DNA from: Cetorhinus maximus
Taxonomy: Eukaryota
Direction: 5' to 3'
Length of the DNA: 64,000 bases
Assembly: GCF_964194155.1 (NCBI RefSeq)
Contig: NC_135888.1
Coordinates: forward strand, 116,622,001 to 116,686,000
Positions 1 to 13,273 of the stretch are shown one piece after another. Within the stretch, counting starts at the first letter, position 1. Each line of letters opens with the position of its first letter. The notes under the pieces are model-generated. The model worked only from the letters and a program-made list of their open reading frames with translations, did not search any database and was not told where the DNA came from. The translations under genes were made by a program, and so were the position numbers.

Positions 1-399
1 AACATCAGTTTATTTCTGCTGCCATGTCGAGGAGATCTACAGGCATCTAAAAGCAGTGATGCCATCAAACAGGGAAAGCAGCTAATTTCACTGAAGTATT
101 CTCAGAGCTAACCAGGAAGTAAAAACTACCAAATCTCTTCATTTTTAGTTCTATTTTTTCAGATTGCAAAATAATAATTGAGATATACACAAAATTAAGG
201 CAGAAGATAAAATATAAACAAAAAAATTGTGGAAATTGTCATAATTGACATTCACCAAATATAAAATTAACTCTTTCAGGTTGGGCAAGGCTATTTAGCA
301 GTAATTACAAATTTAGTGTGTAATAATTACACCTCATTCAACAAGGTGTAACTTTTTTCTTTTAAAAAGATTTTTACAGCAAGAAAAGCATGTAAGGGT

Positions 400-1060
400 T
401 AAAGTTCTTGCCAGTTCATTAGGTTCCAATTGATTGCAGTCTGGGGGAAACAGTGCAATCTCTGGAGAAGCCCAGAATAACTGAGAACTTGAACGTTGCT
501 GGAAAGGGAGACATGTTGCCGAAGCAGGACAAATGGAAGAATGGCAAATTTCTACAGGACAAATGGGTGTTGATCGGTTGGCAGGTCAACTCTGGCCAAA
601 GTGTTACCATGGAGAAAGCAACAGGGAATTATAGGCTCCCCAAGCTATGGCGTAATTCAAAAAATTCACTAACAGTAACTTCTGAATTTCTGTATTTAAC
701 TGTGCAAGTGTGGACTCTGGAAGCTTCAGTGAAATAATGATGGCGAGTGCTGAGATTTGCCATTAGTTTAACTTTGGTTACTGGCAAGCTGATAGATTGG
801 ACCAGAGATGATCATCTAGAAAGAAAAGGTAACATTAAGGACTCCCAGCACAGCTTCTGGAAAAGTAGGCCCTGTCTCATTAACTCTGCTAAGGAAGTTA
901 CAAAGTTGGTCAAAGTTAAAGCCCAGCTTACATGTATCTGGACTTCAGTGCCTTTGACAAAATACCACAAAGTTACTAAGCAAGTTTTGTGGAATTGGTG
1001 GGAAATTTTGGAGTTGGATAAGAAGCTGGTTAGTACCATAGACAGAAATTCATTAGTAAT
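400..1060 (+). mobile_element. Highly decayed CR1 LINE fragment (RT region)
   Basis: Remnant motifs: 'ggactcccagcacagcttctggaaaagtaggccctgtctc' (SQHGF..GRSCL) and 'tatctggacttcagtgcctttgacaa' (YLDF.AFDK). Confidence 0.55.
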
Positions 1061-1114
1061 GGTTGCGGCTCTTAGTGAGGTTAGTCACTACTCGACTCCC
1101 AAAAGATTGACAAA

Positions 1115-1455
1115 TAGAGCCTTTGTACTTCACCGCTTCTCCAGTGCAGTACTGAGGGAGTGCAGTCTTACGGATGAGACATTAAACCAAGGTCCCATCT
1201 GCCAGCTCAGGTGAATTATTTCAAAGAGGAGCAAGAGAGTTCTCCCCGGTGTCCTGGTTAATATTTATCCTTCAAACAATATCACAGAAACAGATTATCT
1301 GGCCATTACCACTTTGCTGTTCGTCAGCCAATTTGCGCAAACAAGTTCCAAGTTTTATATATTATAACAGCGACTACACTTCAAAAATACTTCATTGGTT
1401 GTAAAAAACTATGGAACATTCTTGAAAGGTGCAAGAGAAATGCAAGTCATTATTT
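1115..1455 (+). mobile_element. Deu-domain SINE (SacSINE1/AmnSINE1-like), 5'-truncated, with L2-type tail
   Basis: 'cggatgagacattaaaccaaggtccc...ccccggtgtcctggttaatattt' resembles the Deu core as I recall it; ends in the L2-like tail 'aaaggtgcaagagaaatgcaagtc'. Confidence 0.65.
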
Positions 1456-3291
1456 TATTGGGGGAACACAATCACATTGTTTATATCGTATATATTGGTA
1501 AATGACAAAATGTGGGTGCAATGGCCTCAAATAATGGCAACAAATTTCAGACAGATCTAAATGAAACGGGGAAATTGGCCCATATCCGACAGGTGCCCTT
1601 TAATATAGATAAACACCACTTAAGTATGGACAGCTCCATGAGATCATACCAGGACATGAAAGGTTTGATATATTTTCCATTATTTAACAAACAAAAGCCT
1701 CACTACTGACTAGAGGTGACAGCCAGAAATTGAACATCAGCTTTCTCCTCCTTTAAATGAATAAAACAACAAGATTAACCAATTTGAAGTGGAAGAGACA
1801 TCTGTGTTCGTAGGAAGATGGTGAGTGACATTTAGTAATTGGAAGTAGGCAAACCAAGTTCAGCAACAGCAATGGAGTTGCTGAGCTTTGGCAGCATGGA
1901 GTGGTGATATTAAAGCATGACAGTACTGCTGGAAAAGCTGGAGCTTTCAATGTTGTGTTGGAAGAACACTGGAACGTAGAACTTATTTTACTGTGTAGTT
2001 TCTGGGTTCTCGCAGCACAGATAGAGTGTCCCACATTTTGGCAGCACTCAGAGGGAGTGGTGAGTCCTGGGGTCTATGAAAACTGGGGTAAGTACTGGGA
2101 TTTATCAGCACTGGGGCAGATAGACTTAGTGGGAAGTGATCGTGGGGGGTTCTGCAGTCTGACTGCACTGGAGAAGAGGTTTTAGAGTGTGGAGTAAGGA
2201 TGGCAAGTGGGTGGGGAAAGGGAAGGAGGAAATATCAATATCTGGGTCCTTTGTAGGGAAATATCAGTGCCTAGGACGCAGTGGCATTGAAGTAGTCACA
2301 GTAGTCAGGGCATTGTAGCACTGAGGCAGGGTGTGCCCAGGTGATCGTGGCTAGGCTCACACCTGGCCACTAAGCATCTCCCTTTCTTTGAGTTGACAAC
2401 CATTAAGCCCTCAGTTCTAACTATAATAATCACAGCTTATATTTGCTATGCCAGCATGCATGTAGCAAATAAGACTGTTTAATGGGAATAACTTATACAG
2501 CCGAAGTCAGGCAGTATTGATAGCTAACTACTACAGGACAGGGGGTGAGATGGGATAACTGGGGAGGGAACACTGATGCCTGATAATCAAAATATTTTCA
2601 GAAAATAAAGTGAAAACTGTTCTGAATTGCATTTTGCCATCAGTTGTATAAGTTTAGAAATCTGTCCTAGGATAAAGAGTCTTTCAGTTGCAGAGAGAAA
2701 AGCTTATTGATGCTTGGTAGAAAACTGTGGAAGCTGTATACATGCATACTGTTGGATCCCTAAAGAGAAAAAGGAGACCATAACTGAGTCAAAGCAAAAA
2801 CTTTATGATGAGGCGTTTGAGAGTGGCTGTCGTAAAACAAAAATGAAATAACTAAAACGACAAAGTAACAATTAAATGCAAGAACTTGGAATATATTTGT
2901 AAATTATTTAATGTAACCTTATAAATTAGGAAATTTGACTATGAAGCACTGCATTGCATGTAGTATGTACAACCTTTTAATATTTATTAATTCTGTACTT
3001 CAGTGACAATGGTCACTGCATAGGATTTTATCTCTTCTTGTTCCCTTAATTTTGACTTGTACATTCCCTACTGGTGTTATGATTGATTCACAGTAAAACT
3101 ATGAATCAAAGTGTAATGGGAAAAGTGCAACAGGAAGGGAGTTTCAAGAAGTGTCCACTAAATGCAACACTGCTAATAGAAGTGCCCCAATACCTAAATT
3201 CTAGCCTTTCAGCACTTTGCAAGATAAATGATACCAGTCACTGGTATACTCTTATACAGATAAGTGCATGAAGATCAAACCCCTGACATAC

Positions 3292-3451
3292 CTCAGGAGA
3301 TATACATGATGGTTCATTCGCCTCACTGTCACTAGAGCTGCTCTCACTTTCAGAGTCTGATCCAGAACTACTTTCAGACCCACTGTGGCTACTGGAGTCA
3401 GCCCTAGGCGGTTCCATAACCTCATTGCTTTGTTGGGAAAGCTCAGAACTA
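3292..3451 (-). CDS. AFF4: AFF4 coding exon (Ser-rich [30 protein letters not shown]...SPE); last exon inside the window
   Basis: Acceptor ttctttttcag|T AGT TCT GAG, donor CCT GAG|gtatgt; 160 nt, phase 2 to 0. Peptide is nearly identical to the vertebrate AFF4 Ser-rich segment. The next exon (PEPPPTNKWQLDNW) was not found in 1-3291, so it lies outside the window. Confidence 0.96.
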
Positions 3452-4222
3452 CTGAAAAAGAAGAATGATTTGGTTAGTCTATTAAGAAACAAATACAAAT
3501 TTTTTAATATATAAAAATGTAAAGTGGAAGTAGTCACCTGTGTGGGTGTCTGGTGCCAGATAGTTAACATTACACTAAGTGAGATTTTCTAGCTACACCA
3601 AATATCATCTCGTTAACCAAATATGCAAAGTCACCCCACTAAGCTCATTACCATGTTTCAACCTCTAATCGCAAGTAATTTCTGCATGCACTGCATGATC
3701 TTTTTGCACTCTAATACACAAACAAGAATTTCAGGGAGCCTGTAACTTTCAGAAGGAGCAAGAATTATGTTTCAAGTTATTCTTAATGTTTCTGTATGAA
3801 GACCTAGTAAGTGAATATAATATTGTGAAAACAAGTTATTCATTAAACAGTAATTCATTAGAATTATTAGTAGTATTCTGGAAACACATCTTCATTCCCA
3901 AACGGGAAACCCCATGCAATTGCCAATCAAGTAACACATCGATATGTTAACAAAGTTGCTTATCTCAACTGCAGGATTAATCAGATAATGGTGAACACCT
4001 CAAGGATTATAATTTGCTTGATGCTGGCTAATGTCCCCAATTCTTTGTCTCAAGTTCCTGATGCAATCACAAAATGTTATTAAGTCTACGAGTAGATGAC
4101 CTGCATTCCTCCTGGTCAAAAAACGATAATAGTGCATTGTAAGGAGGCATGGATAAAGAACAAGGGAAGGGACAAATGTTTTGGTGACCTTTCTACATTA
4201 CACAGAGTTAAGTACTACCTAC

Positions 4223-4260
4223 CCTTCAAGAGTAGCCCTTGCAGGTGGTTTCCCCATATC
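4223..4260 (-). CDS. AFF4: AFF4 coding exon (DMGKPPARATLEG)
   Basis: Acceptor ttttatttctag|GAT, donor GAA GG|gtaggt; 38 nt, phase 0 to 2. It exactly bridges the flanking exons and corresponds in size and position to the human DCDKTMPRSTPGS exon (from memory). Confidence 0.88.
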
Positions 4261-5230
4261 CTAGAAATAAAAAAAAAATACAAAGATACTCATAAAATTG
4301 AGGTACATTAATACTCAAATGTAGGATACACCATTTCTTTTATACATATTCCAAAAAATTCTTTGGGAAGATGTGATGTGTCAATTCTTCACAGTACAAA
4401 TATTTTTAAATGTAGTCAGAAAACGTGTTTTTGCAATGTAGATTCAATTAAGTAGAATTCCTCCACCCAAACACCATACAACTTTAGTACACAAATAATA
4501 GAACCAGCAAAGTATTCTAAAATATGTTTCTAAACATGTACCAAACTACTGAGCAGGCAGATTGGAAGTGATGTATTAAACTATGCAAGATCGAAAAACT
4601 CATATGGGAAAACAATATTTTGTTTGATAGCAGTAAAAATGTTTCTAGTTGTACTAGTAGGTTTAGATCCAAATGCAAAACTATATCAGAAATAGCGCAG
4701 TTATGGATTTTCTTTCTCCATTATTGTCCCTATGCTTCAGTTATGACTTTACAGGAGGGAGGGAAATGAATGAAAAATTCCACTTGCAAACACAACAACA
4801 TTTTATTTTGTTTTATCAAGCTGCAAAGTAAGTCAACCGGTCAACTTATAGATCTCACAATACTTAATGCATTTCTTTTTCCATTTCCATTCCTTTGTTG
4901 TTCCTTTGCCGTCTGCTGCATGTGATCCTTTATATATGGTTATAGTTCTTATTTCCATTAACTAACAGAATCACAGAATCAGAATTGATAAATGTAAACC
5001 TTTCTTGCCAATCAAGTATCGCAAGTTTTTGGTGAGTGAAAAGATCATCCAGGGAAGTTTAACGGAAAAAATCTTGGTCCGCTCTTCAAGAAGCGAGCAA
5101 CTTATTCATATTTTTCCAGCACATTAAAGGTCTGCTGCATCAAATTTATCAATAAATTGCAAGTTAGTTTCATTAAGTAAGCAATTTCACTTTTCATACA
5201 CAGAAAACAAATGCTGGAGTGGAGGCAAAC

Positions 5231-5285
5231 CTGGTCTGCATCGCTGTCTTCACTGCTGCTAAGTTTGAGGTCATCTTCCAACATT
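5231..5285 (-). CDS. AFF4: AFF4 coding exon ((R)MLEDDLKLSSSEDSDADQ)
   Basis: Acceptor ccttttatatag|A ATG TTG, donor GAC CAG|gtttgc; 55 nt; carries the hallmark AFF-family MLxDDLKLSSSEDSD motif. Confidence 0.96.
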
Positions 5286-5921
5286 CTATATAAAAGGAAA
5301 AACAATTACCAGCATCACCACTGTAAGATGCAAGTTTTGTTCTTAGAAATTCATCTGCATCAATGAAATGTTCAGCTATACTTGGGACAGCAAGTTCCAT
5401 TTTAGTGGAGCCCTCTCCAGACAACTACAACACAAGGCAACAAAATGGGTGTGTGGGATAAAGTCTAATAAAAAAAAATGTTAAATCTGTCAGTCAGGAA
5501 TACAAAATCTCAATGATCTAATTGAATGGTGGAGCAAGCTTAACAGGCTGAAAGGCCTAGCCCTGTTTCTATCACAAATTAGGAAAATTCTCGCTCAAGG
5601 GAAAATAAAAGCCACATTTCCATGGAATATTTAGGGCTGTATTTCACTGGAAAAAAGGAGTGCGCAAAAGGGGTTCTATTTAAAGACCCATCTCACTAAA
5701 ACTTCATTAAGTAAACAGAATGAATTTAGAAATAGTTGTGGCCCAAGTATAAGATAATTACATTTTCAGAGCATAGAAAATGTTGAGTGATTGTTGGTAG
5801 GTAACGATCACAATCAAATTAGTCAACTGAATTAATCTCTTACAGTTTGAGTCATCCGAACCCTTAAGTTATTTTTAAAAATTACCAGCCATCAAGGTGG
5901 ATGACTAATATGCTGTATGTA

Positions 5922-6637
5922 CAGATAGTCCTCGCTTTAAGTCATCCTGTTTTAGGTTGTTTCGATTTAATGTTAAGTTTTTACTGGGGACGGTATTCGT
6001 GCTTAGCGTTGTGGATTTGCATTAATATGGTTTTGTGCCGGGCATGATGAAATGTAACATGACCCAATCGTTGCTACTTAGGAGCAGCCTCTCCCACTCC
6101 CCAACGCTGCCCACTTCTCTAGTTTGCAACCTCCCCAGCTTGCAGCTTACCTCCATAACCCCACAACCTGAAGCTGCTCTGACACCATAGGTTACTTCCT
6201 GCTTTTTGCTACTCATCCCCCAAAGCCTTGCTCACAGCCAGGGTTTGGGAGTGAGTCAGCAATGGCTGGGGGTGGGGGGTGCGGGAGTGTCAGCGTCAAC
6301 CAGAAGGGGAGGGCAGATGACGGTGGGGAACACAAGAGGTGGTGATCCAGAGGGCCGGAAAGCGGGAGAGGTGGCGAGTGGGAGCAACGGCTAACGGGAG
6401 GCAGGTAGAAAGAGTTAACATATATTTCTTTTATATTTTAATAAGTTATATTTAGTTACTTTGTTTACAAATATAGTAATTTAACACTGTACCTAAGCTT
6501 ACAGGGTATAATTTTCAATATTTTTCTGATAGGAACCTTTTACCTTGGTTGTAATGGGGAAATCAGATTCACTTAACATTGTTTCATCTGAAGATGCACT
6601 TTTCAGAAATGCAGCAACGTTAAGCAAGGAATTACTG
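5922..6637. mobile_element. Tigger/pogo-like non-autonomous DNA transposon (MITE)
   Basis: Starts TA|cagatagtcctcgctttaa and ends aacgttaagcaaggaattactg (reverse complement cagtaattccttgcttaacgtt), forming imperfect CAG-starting TIRs; GC-rich interior, no transposase. Confidence 0.6.
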
Positions 6638-8279
6638 CTGCTGATGCCTGACATTATCTGTACTGAAAGATTAATCAACACTGCCAAATATAAATTTGCA
6701 GTTCACAATCAGAAATTCTAAGACTGACAAAATAGTAGTACTTTAGTTTTTAAACAAACTGAAGGGACCAGGAAGCTGCTGCAATACGTGAACATATAAA
6801 AAATGAAGATGATATCTTCACTGGAAGCAAATAAGCAAACAAATATGACTGATTATAAAACTATAATGTGGATTGTAGAATATAAACTGTTAAGTAGGTA
6901 AGCTGTCTAAATCCTAAACTTTAGTGTGACAAGTACGTTATAGGAGAAAGTTATAGCATAGCACAAGATGTCTGTTCTGTACAATCCATTACTCTGTAAA
7001 ATCATGTTTTGCTTCCAACATTTGCTAGTGTCCAATTTAAACGTGCTGATTTTGATCGCCTCTTTACCCTGAGTGGAAGGGTCGCCAAGCTGACTTTGGA
7101 GTGTGGCATCTATTGAGTAGCTTTCCTGTAATTATTGGAATTTCTACTGACAAGAAACTCCGTAAATTAAACTCAGAATGGACAATAGCAGTAGCAATCA
7201 AACTGGCAGAACAAATTGCAAATTTGGAGAGAGGGGTATGCATGAAAGAAACAAAACGCAAGTCATAGGTAAGGGGGAAACTGGGGTATGCAAAGTAGCT
7301 AAATGCAGGCTAGATACTTCTAATTTAAAAAAAATTCAATTGTGATGCAGATGTCTTAATAAATGTACACAGTGATTTATAAATATCAATGTCTATTACA
7401 GTTTAAAATTCATTGCTGGCTAAACTATCTTTAAAGAAAAACGTTTTCTTATTATTATATTGGAAGAACATGGAGTTCAAAGTGATGATTACACAATACA
7501 AAGTCACAGAACGTGAAGGTACCCAACACTTATTTCGCAACAAGAATCGCAGCACTGAGTTTTCCTGATAGCATATAGGATTGGTAGTGAACTGCTCAGT
7601 ATTGTACATTGTTTTTGGAGGAAGAAATTAAATACATCACCACAAAGGATCACATACGGCAGTCTATTGCAGAGATGCCCAACCTTTAGGTCCAAGGTCA
7701 CACTTGACCCGAGCTTTGAAAATCCAACCCTAAAAGCACAAGCTATTTGTACTGACCCCCTCTGTGGGTTCTGTGTGTTTTTAGCTTTTATCTGTTAGCA
7801 CCTTGTGAAATACAAAAATCAATCGGAACAGTTACTGAAACATGCATCTATTTGGCAAAGTCAAATCCTTGCAACAGTGTGATTTACTGTTTTCTAGGTT
7901 CTCCTAGTCTGAGTGAAATCCAGATAACTGTTTCTAAAAAAACAGAATTTGCAATAAGCTTCAGTGGGCTAAACTGTCGTGGCTCAGTCAATACTATAAT
8001 TTGAATGAATGATTTGAGACCTCCCTTTTTTCAAAATCTTTGAGCACATCATCCTGGAGGTCTGGGCTCACCTTTCTCATTATTCTTTGTTTAAAGCCCT
8101 TCAGTCCAGTTTCTACTTTGCTTAGTGTCTATTGCAGCCTGACAAAAATCAACTTTTTTTTTTTGACTGTGGTATGTTCCAGTCTCCCTGTTCTCAACCT
8201 TTCTAGAGCATTTGATACATGCACACCACACTGTCCACTCCATGGTATCAACTGCATTTGGTCCCACTTTTTAAAGAAA

Positions 8280-9285
8280 TTTACTCTCTGAATGTGGGTG
8301 TCATGAGCAGGGCCAGCATTTATTACCCATCTTAAGTGTCCTGAGAAGATAATGATGGGCCACCTCCTTGAACTGCTGCAGTTTCTTCTCTTTGTAGTGG
8401 TTTGATATAACTAAGTGACTTGCTAGGCTACTTCTAAGGGCAATTGAGTATTTTTAAATTATTCGCTCACGGGGTATGGGCATCACTGGCTGGACCAGCA
8501 TTAATTGTCCAACTGTCCTTGAGAAGGTGAAGATGAGCTGCCTTCTTGAACTGCATTAGTCCATGTGGTATAGGTACACCGACATACTATTATAGAAAGG
8601 GAGTTTCAGGATTTTGACCCAACGCCTGAGAACGAATGCCGATATAGTTCCATGTCAGGATGGTATGTGGCTTTGAGGTGAAATTGCAGGTGGTGTTCCC
8701 ATGCAACTGCTGTCCTGCCATTCTAGATGGTAGAGGTCACGGGTTTGGAAGGTGCTGTCGGAGGAGCCTTAATGAAGTGCAGCAGTGTATCTTATAGATG
8801 GTACACACTGCCACCACTGTGCGTCAGTGGCAGAGGAAGTGGATATTGAAGGTGGTGGATGGGGTGCCAATCAAACAGGTTGCTTTGTCCTGGATGATGT
8901 CAAGCTTCAAGCGTTATTGGGGCTGCGCTCATCCAGAAAAAGAGAGTATTCCATCACACATCCGACTTGTGTCTTGTAAATGGTGGACATGCGTTAGGGA
9001 GTCAGGAGGCGAATTAACCATTGGAATTGTATACAAACCAAGTCAGGTAAGGATAGCAAATTTTCTTCCCTAAATGACATTAAAGAACTGTATGCGTTTT
9101 TTTTAAAAATACAAACATTCTTGACAGCTTTGTGGTCACTTTTTTAAATTATGAATTTATACCAGTTTTTTGTTCCCAGATTTCTTTTTACATTCAAATG
9201 ATCATCTTCCATGACACTTATTCTCTGCATTAACAGACTAGGCACCTGGATTACTAATATATTAATATAATTACTATATTACCAC
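8280..9285 (-). mobile_element. Cluster of 3' fragments of the tRNA-headed LINE family (see 48854) plus a related SINE remnant
   Basis: Two tandem copies of the tail 'gccagcattta..ccc..cctgagaag..g..gccttcttgaactgc' (about 8290 and 8460), followed by reverse-complement RT C-terminus and SINE-core remnants. Confidence 0.7.
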
Positions 9286-9796
9286 ACTCCAATATAATCA
9301 GCACTTTCCATGCGATCGTTTTTCCTTGTACTCCACCACTGTCATCTGTAACGTGCCACAAGGTTCCACCCAGGAACTATTAACTCCTATTCCTTATCTG
9401 CATGCTCCTCCTTATCATCCAAAGGTATAAAGTCAGCTTCCACATGCATGTTGAATACGCTCATCTCTAATTATAAAATAAGAATCCATGGTCACCACCA
9501 TACTTGTCTGGCTGCTTGGAAGGCAATGAGAATTTGTAGGAGACCTCTATATGTCCATTACCATTTTGTTCAGTTCTTGCCAAATAATCTGCACCTTAGC
9601 TCCATCCTCCCCTTTGTTACTCCTTCAGGCTCAACTTATTTGCGTGTAATCTTGGAAGTTCTGTTTGCTGTGTTTGGTAGGTGGGAACATGACGACAGGC
9701 ATGGGCATTCAGACAGGAGTACAGGAGAGGAAAATGGAGGGAACTGGGGGTGGTAGGAGGGAATAGCAAAGGGGCAGAAAATAAGTATTCAGGGCA

Positions 9797-9829
9797 GGAG
9801 AGAGAGAGAGAGAGAGAGACTAGAGAGAG
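9797..9829. repeat. (GA)n microsatellite
   Basis: ggagagagagagagagagagagactagagagag. Confidence 0.9.
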
Positions 9830-11037
9830 CAGAAAGGTGAAGGCTGTACAGTGCTAAGTTCAGAAGGTTCTACACATTCAATTCCCCCCCCCTCCCCAGG
9901 TGTTTAAAAACAAAAGAGCTTACCAACGATTTTGTGGAAAAGCCCCAGTGGTTTTCAGCACTCTTACTTCAACTAAAGCTTCCCCAAATTCACTGGGAAA
10001 GATTTAAAGAAATACTGGGTCAAAAATCCTAGAACTCTCTCCCTAGCAGCACTCAATGTACTTACAACTACATGGACTGCAGCAGTTTAAAAAGACAAGT
10101 CACAACCATCTTACAGGAAATTACGACATGGCAATGAATGTTAGACATACACGTACATGTGTGTGTCTAACATTAAAAAAAAATTCCATTTTAAGAGCCA
10201 CATTCCAGCCCTGGTCAGCATTAAGAAAAAAAATCTGGTTCTTGTATCGCACCTTCCATATCCTCAGCAAGTGTCAAAGCATTAACAGCCAAGGATTACT
10301 TTTGGGATTTCTCTGTTGTTCAGTGACAAACGCAGAGAATAATTTTTACACAATACAGTGCCAGAAACAGCACTGAGATTATGTTAATCTATTTAAGTGG
10401 CATTACTTGAAAGACTAATAATAGCCAAGAAAACCTGATGTTTTTTTGAAAAGTAACATGTGATTCCTTACTGCCACTTGTACAGATAATGCTTCTGTTT
10501 AATAGGTCGCCTAAAACATGCCACTTCCAATAACACTGCATAACAGGGCAGCATGAGCGAGGAGGGACAAAAAAAAAGACCATGAAAGAGAAAAAGACAT
10601 CTTGGTAGTTCTGCACTGCTAGATTAGGTTAGGTCAAGGAGGTGGTATGATCCCCTCAGCCCATGGTGTAACAGCACCCCCAGGAATACTTATCTCAAGC
10701 AGATTCAGAATCTGGTAAAAGTAATGACAAGAGTAGGTCATCTTCACAAAGGAAACAGACAGGCTAAACAGTTGTGACATTTAGCTGCTAATTCCCACCT
10801 ATACCACTACATGATCTGCACTACCCAACATTACTGCAGATGGCACCTGAACACCTTTTATAGAAGAAGTTGGGAAAGTGACCTAGCTCTTTAGGCAATG
10901 GAGAAAGAATAGCAAAAAGTATGGAGACTGTTCTATAGCATCATCATTTGCAACTCAGGTCCAAGCACCAAACAAATATACTGTATACCACACAAGTCTG
11001 TTTTCTATGTTAGAATGAAAACCCAATGCAGACTTAC

Positions 11038-11064
11038 CTTGAAGCAGTTTGGTCAGTTTCAGAG
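11038..11064 (-). CDS. AFF4: AFF4 27-nt micro-exon ((C)SETDQTAS(R))
   Basis: Strong acceptor cttctttctttttaaatag|C and consensus donor TCAAG|gtaagt; phase 2 to 2, no stop. Needed to keep the frame open, because the direct 13274-to-5285 junction reads TG|A = stop. Confidence 0.85.
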
Positions 11065-13273
11065 CTATTTAAAAAGAAAGAAGGTGTTAAATCATAATGT
11101 TTATAAGCTATTAAATTTGGTACCTAAGTTTTGCTTCATACATTTTTAGTGGTTTGGAATCCAAAGTAGTTTTAAAAAAGTAAAAAGCTACATTTGACAC
11201 TTCTCTATTTCTGTTCTCTTCATTTAAGAACACATTTTATCTACAAACGCATGCCAATATTGCTGAATTGCATGATTTAAAACATAAGAAAACCAAACCA
11301 ATCAAGTTTCAATTATGGCATTGAAATTCTTTGTTGCCAGGTCCTCTTGTTTGCTGTGTAATCCTGGTACTATTTCAGTTATTATTGTTACTAATGTACT
11401 CAATACTTAATAAAAACTGAATCAAGAACTGCAAACTTAGGGACAATAAAAAATCATTGTAGCTTCCACCAGTGGGTTACATTGGTGTATAACTGGCTGT
11501 TGGAAAATCAAAGTGGAGGCAGTGGAATCCTCATAATTCATAATGCACTATCAGGCTGCCCAGAAGATTAAATATTTAAAATTGATGGTTGTGAGAGGCC
11601 AATTGAAGAGGAGGGTGGCACTTAAATGATGATTAGGTTCACTATAAACCAGTTAATTATTTTAAAGCATGACAAAATACATTCGCCTGGAAGCCCTCCA
11701 GCAACTTTATTGCTCTTTTGTAAATCCATTCAACCACAGGAGGCATCTAACTTGCAAATGCTTGGCAATGACATCACTGTTTTCCTGCCTCAATAGAGTT
11801 AAAGTCATTGTAGCATTGGATGAGACCATTCGGTACATCGAGTCCAAACTGGCTCTCTGTAGAGGAATCCTATTAGTCCCATTCCCGCACTCTACAATAA
11901 TCATCAATAGATGCAGCACTGATTAGGACTTGAACATGGAGGGTAGTGTAACATGATCTCCATGGCTTGTTGGGTCACTCTACAGTCTGAAATAATGGGA
12001 ACTTCCATAACCACTGCCAACAGAGGCTTCGGATTGTAGCTGACACTTATACAGCTCAACACCAGGCCACACACTGCATTTACCCTTTAGTTGTTGGAGA
12101 GATCCTCCTCACCTAATAGTTCCCTACTTGCAATCACTTGACTTGTGTTCAGTTATGCGCAGAATAATCACCAATAGGCAAGCGATGCACATTTTAATTT
12201 CTCCAACAAGTTGTTAGCAGCTGCACTCTCTCAAATACCATTTTCACTTTAACATATATCAAGTGTAAACTAAAATTTTGAATGGTGTGAAGCCCACAAT
12301 TAATATAGATCCCATGATTTGGGAGATGCAAGGGAAGTTGAGACCAAGATTTTGACGACAGGTTCCCATATTGCAAGTTTACAATCTTGATCACAACAGT
12401 AGGGGAGAGAACAATTAGAAGTAACAATTCTAATGCCATTTTCATATAGCATTTGCTGCAATTACAAAGATGATTTATCTGTTTGGATGGAATTTATTTT
12501 TAATGGGGAAGAGGAGAAAGAGATGGCAGTTTAAAAACAAAAGTAAATCAACAGGAACTTTAAGTGGAGTATTTGTTTTTCTTGAGTGTCCCCTCCAGAA
12601 GATAAGGACATTGACATCATAACAACAGACTTGAAACTTTACAAGAGATACCTTTAGTCATATTTATTGACAATTGAAAAGCATGGAAATTAATTGAAAT
12701 ACAAATTATACAGTATACAAATATTAAAATAATTAAATCAGTAAAATTACAAAATGGTTTAACATTTTTAAAACTACCTTTCATATCATCTGGCTTCACA
12801 CACCTGAGTTATGCACACATATTTTCAAAACTGGTGCCTGCCACAACCCTTTGCCAGTAGCCAAGTGTAAAACAAAAATATCTGGAACAGGCCAATTCTA
12901 ATATGAACAGGCTGCAGAATCATTAAATGCACCCTTCCCAGGATAAGTATATTCCCCGACACTGCATGTTGCCAAAACAATTTATAAACACAGCATCAAG
13001 ATCATCTACTGGTTGTGGTACTATACTGTTGAGATGACTATTAGCTGACAAAGAAACTGGACACATTCCAGCCTAAGGCTTACTTGCAGTTTGCATACTT
13101 CATTATACATCTTCCTCAGTCAAAAATATGCTGAAAGAAGAGGGAAGGATTCCTCCATGTTCTAAATGCACTAAAATTGTAAACCCAATCTTTATACAAA
13201 AGATTTTATGATTACTGTAAGAGTGTGCAGAGAAATTCTTGTTCCAAAATAAGGCAAAATGAAAATTACTTAC

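Noticed and set aside
7067-7092. Possible extra micro-exon (donor CAGG|gtaaag)
   Set aside because: The nearest AG lacks a polypyrimidine tract and the length (about 22 nt) would shift the frame; not needed for the model.
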